Source: Bacteroidota bacterium
GTDB lineage: Bacteria; Bacteroidota; Bacteroidia; UKL13-3
Assembly: GCA_947460345.1 (NCBI GenBank)
Contig: CANHGM010000002.1
Coordinates: 113,504 to 177,503, forward strand
Direction of reading: 5' to 3'
Length of the DNA: 64,000 nucleotides
Shown: piece by piece, positions 52,336-60,899 of the stretch
Position numbering within the stretch: the stretch's first letter is position 1
Layout: each line of letters starts with the position of its first letter
Made by a program: the position numbers and the translations under genes
The notes under the pieces: generated by a model
Told to the model about the DNA's origin: nothing
Database searches by the model: none
The model's input: only the letters and a program-made list of their open reading frames with translations

Positions 52336-52500
52336 TTATTTTTCAGTATTTTTAGGTTGGGTAGTTTCAGTAGATTGCTTTTCAGTTTCTTTTATCTCCT
52401 CAGACTCTTTAGACCAATTTTTTTTTGGGCTAGCCACAATGTTATCACTGCTTTTTTTGAGCATTTCGTCAAACAAATCTCTTTCTAACTCTTCTGACAT
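52336..52500 (-). CDS. Uncalled 54-aa ORF between the ECF sigma and barrel genes
   Basis: Manual translation: MSEELERDLFDEMLKKSSDNIVASPKKNWSKESEEIKETEKQSTETTQPKNTEK*. Gaps of 4 nt to the sigma stop and 2 nt to the next start. Confidence 0.65.
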   Translation of the reverse strand: MSEELERDLFDEMLKKSSDNIVASPKKNWSKESEEIKETEKQSTETTQPKNTEK

Positions 52501-52504
52501 TTGA

Positions 52505-53071
52505 TTATATTTTTACTGTTTCGTTACCTATACTTTGAATTCGGCCTTTGGCACTAAGTATTCTAGCAATTAACATTCTACCTCTTACATATTGCGATCT
52601 GCTTACACTCTCTGAGATTTGTAGCATTAATGATATTTCTTTATGAGAATAGCCATCTATACTATATAAATTAAGAACTGTTCTAAATCCTATGGGTAAA
52701 GATTTAAGTGTTTCAATTATATCTTTTGCATTTAAATTAGCATCTGCTTCTATAGGTTCATAAGATAAATCTTCAGCTTGAGATTTGTCAACTATATGGG
52801 TTAAATCGTTTTTTTGTTTTACATAATCTACAGCAAAAGTAACCATAGTTTGACATAGCCATTTTTCTAAACTTATTTCAGTTGTATATCGATGAAATTC
52901 TGTAAATATTTTAACAAAGGCTCGCTGCAATAAAAACTCTGCTTCATTAATATTACCCAAGTATCTATAACAAATCCCCAACATTTTTGAAGCATATATG
53001 TCATAAATTGCCTGCTGAGACTGAAAGTCCTGGTTTAAGCAACCTTTGATGAGATCTTTTTCTAGAGTCAT
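52505..53071 (-). CDS. ECF RNA polymerase sigma factor
   Basis: LI.GC...D...Q..IY...A.KM.GIC.RY; LP.GFRTVLNLY.IDGYSHKEI..ML.ISE..SRSQ. Confidence 0.9.
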   Translation of the reverse strand: MTLEKDLIKGCLNQDFQSQQAIYDIYASKMLGICYRYLGNINEAEFLLQRAFVKIFTEFHRYTTEISLEKWLCQTMVTFAVDYVKQKNDLTHIVDKSQAEDLSYEPIEADANLNAKDIIETLKSLPIGFRTVLNLYSIDGYSHKEISLMLQISESVSRSQYVRGRMLIARILSAKGRIQSIGNETVKI

Positions 53072-53188
53072 ATTTGACTGATGTTTAACTAAATGTTACT
53101 GCAAATATGAACAATATATTTGAAATTTAAACACAAAATAATATCCTTACACATTTATTACTAATCATTTGTATCATTGCACAAACAA

Positions 53189-54601
53189 ATGGAATTTAAT
53201 TCTCTACTTTTTTTATTGTTTTTTGGTTTAGTAACACTTTTGTATCATCAATTTGGCAAAAGTCTAAAGCCTTATTTTCTGTTGATTGTCAGTTGTTTTT
53301 TTTACATGGCTTTTAAGCCTGTATATATACTTATTTTAGTTTTAACTATTGCAGTAGATTATTATGCAGCCATAAAAATACAGCAACATACTGGGACATT
53401 AAAAAAAAGGTGGTATATATTTAGCATTGTTATTACTTGTGCTATCTTGTTTGTTTTTAAGTATTTTAACTTTTTTACTTTAAATATAATAGCATTGGCC
53501 GATGTTTTTCATATTCAAAAACCTTGGACATTAATGTATATTTTGCTACCTATTGGCCTGTCATTTCATACTTTTCAAAGTTTAAGTTATGTAAGCGAAG
53601 TATATTATGGAGGATACAAACCTGAAAGAAATTTTTGGATATATAGTTTGTATGTGATGTTCTATCCGCAATTGGTAGCAGGCCCTATAGAAAGACCTCA
53701 AGGATTGCTGGATCAACTAAAAAACCAACCCAAAACTACAGCCAATGATATATACTCTGGTTTACTTTTAATGCTCTGGGGGTTTTTTAAGAAACTTTGT
53801 ATAGCTGATAGACTAGCCGATTTTGTAAATCTAACCTATGCTAACCCAAATAAACACAACAGTATCGAAATTGCATTAGCAATTATATTTTTTGGTATAC
53901 AAATATATTGCGATTTTTCAGCATATAGTGATATAGCTATCGGTTCAGCCAGAACTATGGGGTATAAATTAAATATAAATTTTAACAGACCATATATAGC
54001 CCATTCATTTGCTGATTTTTGGCACCGTTGGCATATAAGTTTATCTACTTGGTTTAGAGATTATGTATATATACCTATGGGTGGAAATAGAGGGTCTAAG
54101 TTTAAAAAAAATATAAATATATTAACCACCTTTACTATCAGTGGGTTGTGGCATGGGGCAAATTTTACATTTGTGTTGTGGGGATTTATTCACGGGTTGT
54201 TTTTAGCTATAGAAAAAGAGTATATTGAGAAAATTAAATATAGCTTTTCTAAAAAAATATATACCGTATTAGTGTTTATCACTGTAAGTCTGTTATGGGT
54301 TTTATTTAGAGCTGAAAATTTCACAAAAGCCATACAAATATATAAAGGCTTGTTTTTAAAAATAAAGTTTGCCATTCCATTCGGAAGTGGTTTTGAAAAA
54401 GTCTCGTCATTAGCAATTGTTCCTTTTGTGTTAGTATTAATGTTTTATATGGAAAAAAGAGGCGGATTGCATCCTTTGTATCATTTTACACAACATAAAT
54501 CATTTGCTTTTCAAACGGTGTTTATATTGGCTTTCATATTCGTTATTTTGTCGTTTGGTGCATTCATTTCTCCATCTTCATTTATATATTTCCAGTTTTA
54601 A
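53189..54601 (+). CDS. MBOAT-family O-acyltransferase (AlgI/DltB-like)
   Basis: LPIGLSFHTFQ, FYPQLVAGPIER, YCDFSAYSDIA, FWHRWHISLS and SGLWHGA. ATG at 53189. Confidence 0.95.
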   Translation: MEFNSLLFLLFFGLVTLLYHQFGKSLKPYFLLIVSCFFYMAFKPVYILILVLTIAVDYYAAIKIQQHTGTLKKRWYIFSIVITCAILFVFKYFNFFTLNIIALADVFHIQKPWTLMYILLPIGLSFHTFQSLSYVSEVYYGGYKPERNFWIYSLYVMFYPQLVAGPIERPQGLLDQLKNQPKTTANDIYSGLLLMLWGFFKKLCIADRLADFVNLTYANPNKHNSIEIALAIIFFGIQIYCDFSAYSDIAIGSARTMGYKLNINFNRPYIAHSFADFWHRWHISLSTWFRDYVYIPMGGNRGSKFKKNINILTTFTISGLWHGANFTFVLWGFIHGLFLAIEKEYIEKIKYSFSKKIYTVLVFITVSLLWVLFRAENFTKAIQIYKGLFLKIKFAIPFGSGFEKVSSLAIVPFVLVLMFYMEKRGGLHPLYHFTQHKSFAFQTVFILAFIFVILSFGAFISPSSFIYFQF

Positions 54602-55317
54602 AAATCTATACAACCCATTATTATTCCTTGGTATCTCCATTTTCTTAACCACATTTGATAGGTTTGGTTATTTTTAAATATATACTCTTTACTAGCTTTA
54701 TAATATATTGTCTTTTTAAGTTTCGTTTCGAAAGTGATTCTAATTTTTGTGTTTTCATATTTCTTATCAAAATATACTTCATAATATTTGTCAGAAATAC
54801 GGGTAATTTTTAAAGGAAAAATTTCTTTGTTGTCAATTTCAAAAAACAAATCACCATCATGGTCATCATGAAAAGGATGGCCAAAGAAATTAATTTTTAT
54901 GTTGAAAGCAGTATCTTCTTTTGCTTCAGGGTTTGCATTTTTTGAGTTTTTTTCTGAGGTTGTGGTTATATAATCATCTGCGTTATTTGGTATCATCCGA
55001 ATTTGGCTATGGCTTATGTTAATGCTTAAAGCCAAAGTTGCAGCAATGGATGTAAGCCCTTTCCAATAATTTGCCAATACCCAAGTGTTTGGTTTTTCTA
55101 TTACGTAAGTTATATTCAGTTGCCCAGCTTTAAACCTACCACAAAAACCTTTTGGGGTGTTTTTAAAAAAATCAATAAGTTGTTCGTCACTGTATTGCGT
55201 AAAGTCTATAATGTTTGTTTGACAACTACTGCAAAATTTTCCTGTTTCTGAAAGTTTCATTTTTTGCCAATTCTCATTACAAGGATTATTGATTGTAGGA
55301 TGAATATATGCTGGCAT
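54598..55317 (-). CDS. Hypothetical protein with N-terminal Cys-rich motif
   Basis: PC.ENW..M......FCSSC...IIDFT......CGRF, then a hydrophobic segment. I recall this N-terminal module as recurrent in Bacteroidota. Confidence 0.6.
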   Translation of the reverse strand: MPAYIHPTINNPCNENWQKMKLSETGKFCSSCQTNIIDFTQYSDEQLIDFFKNTPKGFCGRFKAGQLNITYVIEKPNTWVLANYWKGLTSIAATLALSINISHSQIRMIPNNADDYITTTSEKNSKNANPEAKEDTAFNIKINFFGHPFHDDHDGDLFFEIDNKEIFPLKITRISDKYYEVYFDKKYENTKIRITFETKLKKTIYYKASKEYIFKNNQTYQMWLRKWRYQGIIMGCIDF

Positions 55318-55455
55318 ACACACAAGACACAAATAAATACAACTAGGTTAACTTTAACTTTTGAATTTTTAAAAACAATTTCGTTTGAATTGTGAAATTC
55401 TGTCAGATTTTGTCGCAGTTTTAGAAAGCTGTTTTAGGTGATATAAGCCAAGTTA

Positions 55456-55494
55456 TGCCAATTTGAATGTGAAAATATTTGGCAAAATGCTTGA
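55456..55494 (+). promoter_or_regulatory. Putative sigma-54-like -24/-12 element with TGCCAA/TTGGCA inverted repeat upstream of dnaK
   Basis: TGGCAAAATGCTTGA (55480-55494) versus consensus TGGCAC-N5-TTGC; TGCCAA at 55456-55461. Confidence 0.5.
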
Positions 55495-55522
55495 TAACCA
55501 TGAGTAAAGAAAAAAATAAAAC

Positions 55523-57421
55523 ATGGCAAAAATTATAGGAATTGACCTCGGAACAACTAACTCTTGCGTATCAGTAATGGAAGGCAATGAGCCAGTAGTT
55601 ATCGCAAACAGTGAAGGTAAAAGAACTACTCCCTCTATTGTTGCATTTTTAAAAGATGGTGAACGTAAAATTGGAGACCCTGCTAAACGTCAGGCTATTA
55701 CAAATCCAAAAAATACTATTTCATCAATCAAAAGATTTATGGGGAACACCTTTGACCAAGTAGAATTGGAAAGAGGTCGTATGCCATACGAAGTTGTTAA
55801 AGGAGATAATAATACTCCAAGAGTAAAAATTGACGAGAGATTATATTCACCTCAAGAAATCAGTGCAATGATTCTTCAAAAAATGAAGAAAACTGCTGAA
55901 GACTTTCTAGGTTATGAAGTGAAAGAAGCTGTAATCACAGTACCTGCATATTTTAACGATGCACAAAGACAAGCTACCAAAGAAGCTGGTGAGATTGCTG
56001 GACTTACAGTTAAACGTATCATCAACGAACCAACTGCTGCAGCATTAGCTTATGGTTTAGACAAGAAAAATATAGATCAAAAAATAGTGGTGTTTGATTG
56101 TGGTGGAGGAACCCACGATGTATCAGTACTTGAATTGGGCGAAGGCGTATTTGAAGTAAAATCAACTGATGGTGATACTCACCTTGGTGGTGACGACTTT
56201 GACCAACGTATCATCGATTGGTTGGTTCAAGAGTTTAAAGATGAAAACAGTGGATTAGATTTGAGCAAAGACCCAATGGCTTTGCAACGTTTGAAAGAAG
56301 CTGCTGAAAAAGCTAAGATTGAATTATCAAGTTCTTCTGTTTCAGAAATAAACTTACCATATATCATGCCAGTAGATGGCATACCTAAGCACTTAGTACG
56401 CTCATTAAGCAGAGCTAAGTTTGAACAATTGGTTGACGATTTAATTCAACGTACCATCGAGCCATGTAAATCAGCACTTAAAAATGCAGGGTATACAATT
56501 GGTGATATAGATGAAATAATCATGGTGGGTGGCTCTACTCGTATTCCGGCTATTCAAGCAGCTGTTGAGAAGTTCTTTGGTAAAACTCCAAACAAAGGTG
56601 TAAACCCAGATGAGGTTGTTGCGATTGGTGCTGCTATTCAAGGAGGCGTGTTGACAGGTGAAGTGAAAGATGTATTGTTGTTAGATGTAACGCCACTTTC
56701 ATTAGGAATTGAAACCATGGGAGGTGTGATGACTAAATTAATAGAGTCTAACACTACTATTCCAACTAAAAAATCAGAAGTGTTCTCTACAGCAAGCGAT
56801 AACCAACCGTCAGTAGAGATTCATATATTACAAGGTGAAAGACCAATGGCTAATCAAAACAGAACCATTGGAAGATTTCATTTAGACAGTATTCCGCCAG
56901 CACAACGTGGAGTGCCTCAAATTGAAGTAACATTTGATATAGATGCAAATGGTATCTTAAATGTGAGTGCTAAAGACAAAGGAACTGGTAAAGAGCAAAA
57001 AATTAGAATTGAAGCTTCAAGTGGATTGAGTGACGCAGATATCAAACGCATGAAAGACGAAGCAACTGCTAATGCAGAAACAGACAGAAAAGCCAAAGAA
57101 GAAGTAGATAAATTAAACACCGCTGACACTTTAGTTTTCAGTACTGAAAAGCAATTGAAAGAATATGGTGATAAAATTCCAGCTGAGAAAAAACAAGCCA
57201 TTGAAGATGCTTGTAACCAATTGAAAACAGCACAACAAAACAAAGATTTTGCAGCCATTGATACAGCTAGTGAAGCTTTGAACAACGCATGGCAAGCAGC
57301 ATCACAAGATATGTATAATGCAACACAAGGTGAGCAACAACCAGGTGCTGAAGGTCAAGCTAATCAAGAGACTCCTAAAGACAAAGAAGTTACGGATGTT
57401 GACTTTGAAGAAGTAAAATAA
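55523..57421 (+). CDS. dnaK: Chaperone DnaK
   Basis: [34 protein letters not shown] and DVDFEEVK. Confidence 0.99.
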   Translation: MAKIIGIDLGTTNSCVSVMEGNEPVVIANSEGKRTTPSIVAFLKDGERKIGDPAKRQAITNPKNTISSIKRFMGNTFDQVELERGRMPYEVVKGDNNTPRVKIDERLYSPQEISAMILQKMKKTAEDFLGYEVKEAVITVPAYFNDAQRQATKEAGEIAGLTVKRIINEPTAAALAYGLDKKNIDQKIVVFDCGGGTHDVSVLELGEGVFEVKSTDGDTHLGGDDFDQRIIDWLVQEFKDENSGLDLSKDPMALQRLKEAAEKAKIELSSSSVSEINLPYIMPVDGIPKHLVRSLSRAKFEQLVDDLIQRTIEPCKSALKNAGYTIGDIDEIIMVGGSTRIPAIQAAVEKFFGKTPNKGVNPDEVVAIGAAIQGGVLTGEVKDVLLLDVTPLSLGIETMGGVMTKLIESNTTIPTKKSEVFSTASDNQPSVEIHILQGERPMANQNRTIGRFHLDSIPPAQRGVPQIEVTFDIDANGILNVSAKDKGTGKEQKIRIEASSGLSDADIKRMKDEATANAETDRKAKEEVDKLNTADTLVFSTEKQLKEYGDKIPAEKKQAIEDACNQLKTAQQNKDFAAIDTASEALNNAWQAASQDMYNATQGEQQPGAEGQANQETPKDKEVTDVDFEEVK

Positions 57422-57443
57422 TAAACCTATTTAATAAGTATAT

Positions 57444-57475
57444 AAAACCCTGACCTTAATTGGTTGGGGTTTTTT
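57444..57475 (+). terminator. Intrinsic terminator after dnaK
   Basis: AAAACCCTGACC...GGTTGGGGTTTTTT (stem includes G-U pairs). Confidence 0.8.
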
Positions 57476-57553
57476 GTTTAGTCAAATTAAAATATATTGT
57501 TCATATACTTTTGTTTTTCATATTTTTGCGTAAACTAAATACAATATAATTTT

Positions 57554-58012
57554 ATGGGAGACAATACTTTAAAAGTACTATTAGTTGCAATAACTATTGT
57601 TGCAGCTGTTGAAGGCGTTATGCTTGCATCTGGTGGAAATACACCAACCCAAACTTCATGTGATGATTCTCAAAGATATCCATCTGAGATTATTGCTGAT
57701 AATGATGGAGGTGTAAATATAGACATCAAAACAAAAGAAGCTCAAATTACTGCTTATACTGATTTAGTAAAAGAAGATTCAAGTGCTTTTAGGTTTTGTA
57801 TCATCAGCAAAAAAGCCATCGATTCAATATTTTCAAGCGATGCAAAACATAATGCTTTGATTTGTGAAATGGCAATGAACGAAGATAATACGGCTAAAAC
57901 CATAATTTTCTCTGGCTTAACATCTAAACATTTTGAAATAACAGACAATATCGCCAATTCAAAAAACTTTGCGTCTAGATATTATTGCCCAAGAAGATGC
58001 CAAGTTGATTGA
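57554..58012 (+). CDS. Small exported protein with C-terminal CPxxC
   Basis: N-terminal hydrophobic segment; ends YYCPRRCQVD. -7 element TATTTTTG at 57521-57528. Confidence 0.7.
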   Translation: MGDNTLKVLLVAITIVAAVEGVMLASGGNTPTQTSCDDSQRYPSEIIADNDGGVNIDIKTKEAQITAYTDLVKEDSSAFRFCIISKKAIDSIFSSDAKHNALICEMAMNEDNTAKTIIFSGLTSKHFEITDNIANSKNFASRYYCPRRCQVD

Positions 58013-58031
58013 GCATTATAATGGTTGAATT

Positions 58032-59537
58032 ATGAAAAAATGCTTTTTTGTCTTTTTTTCTATTCTGACAAGTTATAGTCAGTTGATGGCTAGTGATGCT
58101 TATTTAGAGATAATTTCAAAGCTTAAAAAAGCAACTCAAGTAGATACAGGTTTAATAAATTTAGCCAATGCTGAGGCTTTAGATTTAGCCCTAAATGGCC
58201 AATATAAAAAAGCAGAACAAATTAGTGCTTTAACCTATAGTCAAAGTAAAAAAGATAATTATAAAAGAGGCCAAGCGGCATCTTTATATACATATTCAAT
58301 TATAAAACTTGGAAAAGGTGATGTAGAAAATGGTTTGAACCATTTAGTTGAATCAAGAGTGATATATGAATCAATAAATGATTCTAATGGAATTGTAAAA
58401 TGTTATGTAGAGTCTGGAATTACATATTTTACTCAAAAAGAATTTAAAGATGCTTTAAGGGAATTTGAAAATTGTTATAAATTTATTCAAATTAAAGAAG
58501 AAAATAAAATAGCTTTAAATAGGTATTTATCTGGTTTGTGTTTGATAGAGTTGAATTTATATGAGCGAGCAGAGTTATATTTAAAACAGGCTGAACAATT
58601 ATATATTAAAAACAACCTGATTTTTAATACACATGAATGTTATACAGGTTTAGCAGAGTTATATTTTAAAAGAAAAGAACTTGCTTTGGCTAAAAAATAC
58701 TATGAAAAGAACATAGATTATTTCTTAGATGAAAAAGAGTACACAGGTTTGGCTATAAATACTTTTGGTTTAGGTAATATATATAATTTACAAAACAACT
58801 ATAAAGAGGCTAAAAAGTATTATTTAAATGCATATAACTATAGTCTGCTTTCGGGTGAATTGTATAGAAAAGATGAATATGCTAAAGCTTTGTCAGCGTT
58901 ATATTTGAAAGAAAAAGATTATAAGAATGCATATACATATAACGAAATTTTTCATGCGGCACATGATACTTTTTACAACAGTGAAAACTCAAAAGCAGTA
59001 AATACGCTTCAATCAAAGTTGAAAATTGCAAGAAAGCAATATGAAAACGATTTGTTAAAGAAACAACAGATTGCTAAAGATCAAATTATAGCTGCTCAGA
59101 CTAATTTTTTATATGTAGTGGTAGGAGCATCAGCTTTGCTTTTAATATTTGCAATATATGCTTATGTTCAATTTCAAAACAAAAAACGTTTAAGCAAAGA
59201 ATTGCTCAGACTGAATAGCGATATTTTATTGTTATCTAAAGAAATTGAAGAAAAAAACAAATTATTAGAGAAAGACAATTATAAAAAAGCCATCAATATT
59301 CAAGCAAAAGAGAAGAGGATTTTAGATTTTGCTTTTTTTAATGCTCATGAGTTGAGAGCAGCTGTGGCCCGTATTCTAGGCCTAGTAAATGTTTTTAAAC
59401 ATAGTTATTATAACCAAGAAGATTTATCGACTATAGTCGAGATGGTTGAGAAATCAACACTAGGATTAGATGATATGGTTAAAGATTTTGGGAACAGACT
59501 CATTGTGATTGAAGAAGAAGAAAACAAAAGTGAGTAG
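58032..59537 (+). CDS. TPR-domain membrane sensor with HisKA-like H-box but no HATPase domain
   Basis: Signal peptide, TPR repeats, TM (FLYVVVGASALLLIFAIYAYV), coiled coil and NAHELRAAVARILGL; the protein ends about 60 aa later. Confidence 0.8.
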   Translation: MKKCFFVFFSILTSYSQLMASDAYLEIISKLKKATQVDTGLINLANAEALDLALNGQYKKAEQISALTYSQSKKDNYKRGQAASLYTYSIIKLGKGDVENGLNHLVESRVIYESINDSNGIVKCYVESGITYFTQKEFKDALREFENCYKFIQIKEENKIALNRYLSGLCLIELNLYERAELYLKQAEQLYIKNNLIFNTHECYTGLAELYFKRKELALAKKYYEKNIDYFLDEKEYTGLAINTFGLGNIYNLQNNYKEAKKYYLNAYNYSLLSGELYRKDEYAKALSALYLKEKDYKNAYTYNEIFHAAHDTFYNSENSKAVNTLQSKLKIARKQYENDLLKKQQIAKDQIIAAQTNFLYVVVGASALLLIFAIYAYVQFQNKKRLSKELLRLNSDILLLSKEIEEKNKLLEKDNYKKAINIQAKEKRILDFAFFNAHELRAAVARILGLVNVFKHSYYNQEDLSTIVEMVEKSTLGLDDMVKDFGNRLIVIEEEENKSE

Positions 59538-59570
59538 GCGAAAAATGATTGAATTGAAGAATAAATAAAG

Positions 59571-60851
59571 ATGTATCACAATAAAATGGTAACAGCAGAA
59601 GAAGCTGTAAAATTAGTTAAGTCACACCACAGTATATTTATACATAGTGCCGCAGCTGCTCCGCTGTCTCTCATACAAGCCTTGGTAGACAGAGCAGATG
59701 AACTAGAGAAAGTGAAGATTAATCATATACATGTTGAAGGAGAGATAGGTTATTTTGATCCTAAATATAGCGAAAATTTCAGGGTGAACAATTTGTTTAC
59801 GGGCCCTAATGCAAGGCAAGCAGTAGCTGAAGGTAGAGCAGATTATGTACCTGTTTTTTTAAGTGAAGTTCCTTTGCTTTTTAAAAGAGGTATTTTGCCT
59901 ATTGATGTTGCTTTTCTTCAGCTTTCTATGCCTGATAAGCATGGATATTGTAGCTTTGGAACTTCAGTTGACGTAAGCATTTCAGCTTCTAAAGTAGCAA
60001 AAGTAATTATTGCTGAAATAAACCATCAAATGCCACGAACTTTTGGTGATGGAATTATACATATAAGTCAGGTTGATAAAATTGTAGAAGTAAACAGGCC
60101 ATTACCAGTTCACCCTATAGTTATTCCAAATGAAGTAGAAACTATCATTGGTAAATATATAGCTGAGTTGGTTGATGACCGAGCAACAATACAAATGGGC
60201 ATAGGTGTAATACCTGATGCTGCATTGGCCTCTCTCATCCATCACAAAGGACTTGGTGTTCATTCTGAAATGTTTTCGGATATGCTAATGCCATTAATTG
60301 AGTCTGGAGTAGTTACAAATGAATTTAAAAAGAAACACAGAGGTAGTGTTGTTTCAAGTTTTGTTGTGGGTTCTAAAAAATTGTTTGATTTTATAGATGA
60401 TAATCCGATTATAAGAATGTTGGATATGGAATATGTAAACAATGCCAACGTGATTAGACAAAATCCCAAAGTAACCGCCATCAATAGCGCTATAGAAGTG
60501 GATATCACTGGTCAAGTTTGCTCAGATTCTATTGGTTCAAAAATATATTCAGGGGTTGGTGGCCAAATGGATTTTATTAGAGGGGCATCACTTTCAGAAG
60601 GTGGCAAACCCATTATAGCTTTACCTTCTACTACATCAAATGGTATTAGCAGAATTGTGAGTTTTTTAAAACAAGGTGCAGGTGTGGTTACTACTAGGGC
60701 TCATGTTCATTTCGTGGTCACAGAATATGGGATAGCAAACTTATATGGCCAAAACCTTAGAACTAGGGCTACAGAAATGATAAAGATTGCACACCCCATG
60801 CATAGAGAACAATTAGAAAAAGAAGCATATACTTTTTTAAAACATATATAA
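59571..60851 (+). CDS. Acetyl-CoA hydrolase/transferase (4-hydroxybutyrate CoA-transferase-like)
   Basis: PDKHGYCSFG, QMGIG.IP, HSEM, SGVGGQMDF and VVTEYG. Confidence 0.93.
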   Translation: MYHNKMVTAEEAVKLVKSHHSIFIHSAAAAPLSLIQALVDRADELEKVKINHIHVEGEIGYFDPKYSENFRVNNLFTGPNARQAVAEGRADYVPVFLSEVPLLFKRGILPIDVAFLQLSMPDKHGYCSFGTSVDVSISASKVAKVIIAEINHQMPRTFGDGIIHISQVDKIVEVNRPLPVHPIVIPNEVETIIGKYIAELVDDRATIQMGIGVIPDAALASLIHHKGLGVHSEMFSDMLMPLIESGVVTNEFKKKHRGSVVSSFVVGSKKLFDFIDDNPIIRMLDMEYVNNANVIRQNPKVTAINSAIEVDITGQVCSDSIGSKIYSGVGGQMDFIRGASLSEGGKPIIALPSTTSNGISRIVSFLKQGAGVVTTRAHVHFVVTEYGIANLYGQNLRTRATEMIKIAHPMHREQLEKEAYTFLKHI

Positions 60852-60852
60852 A

Positions 60853-60888
60853 TAAAAAGAGCTGACAATTAATTGCCAGCTCTTTTTA
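60853..60888. terminator. Bidirectional intrinsic terminator between convergent genes
   Basis: TAAAAAGAGCTG-ACAATTAATTGC-CAGCTCTTTTTA. Confidence 0.85.
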
Positions 60889-60899
60889 AGTTAGATTGA

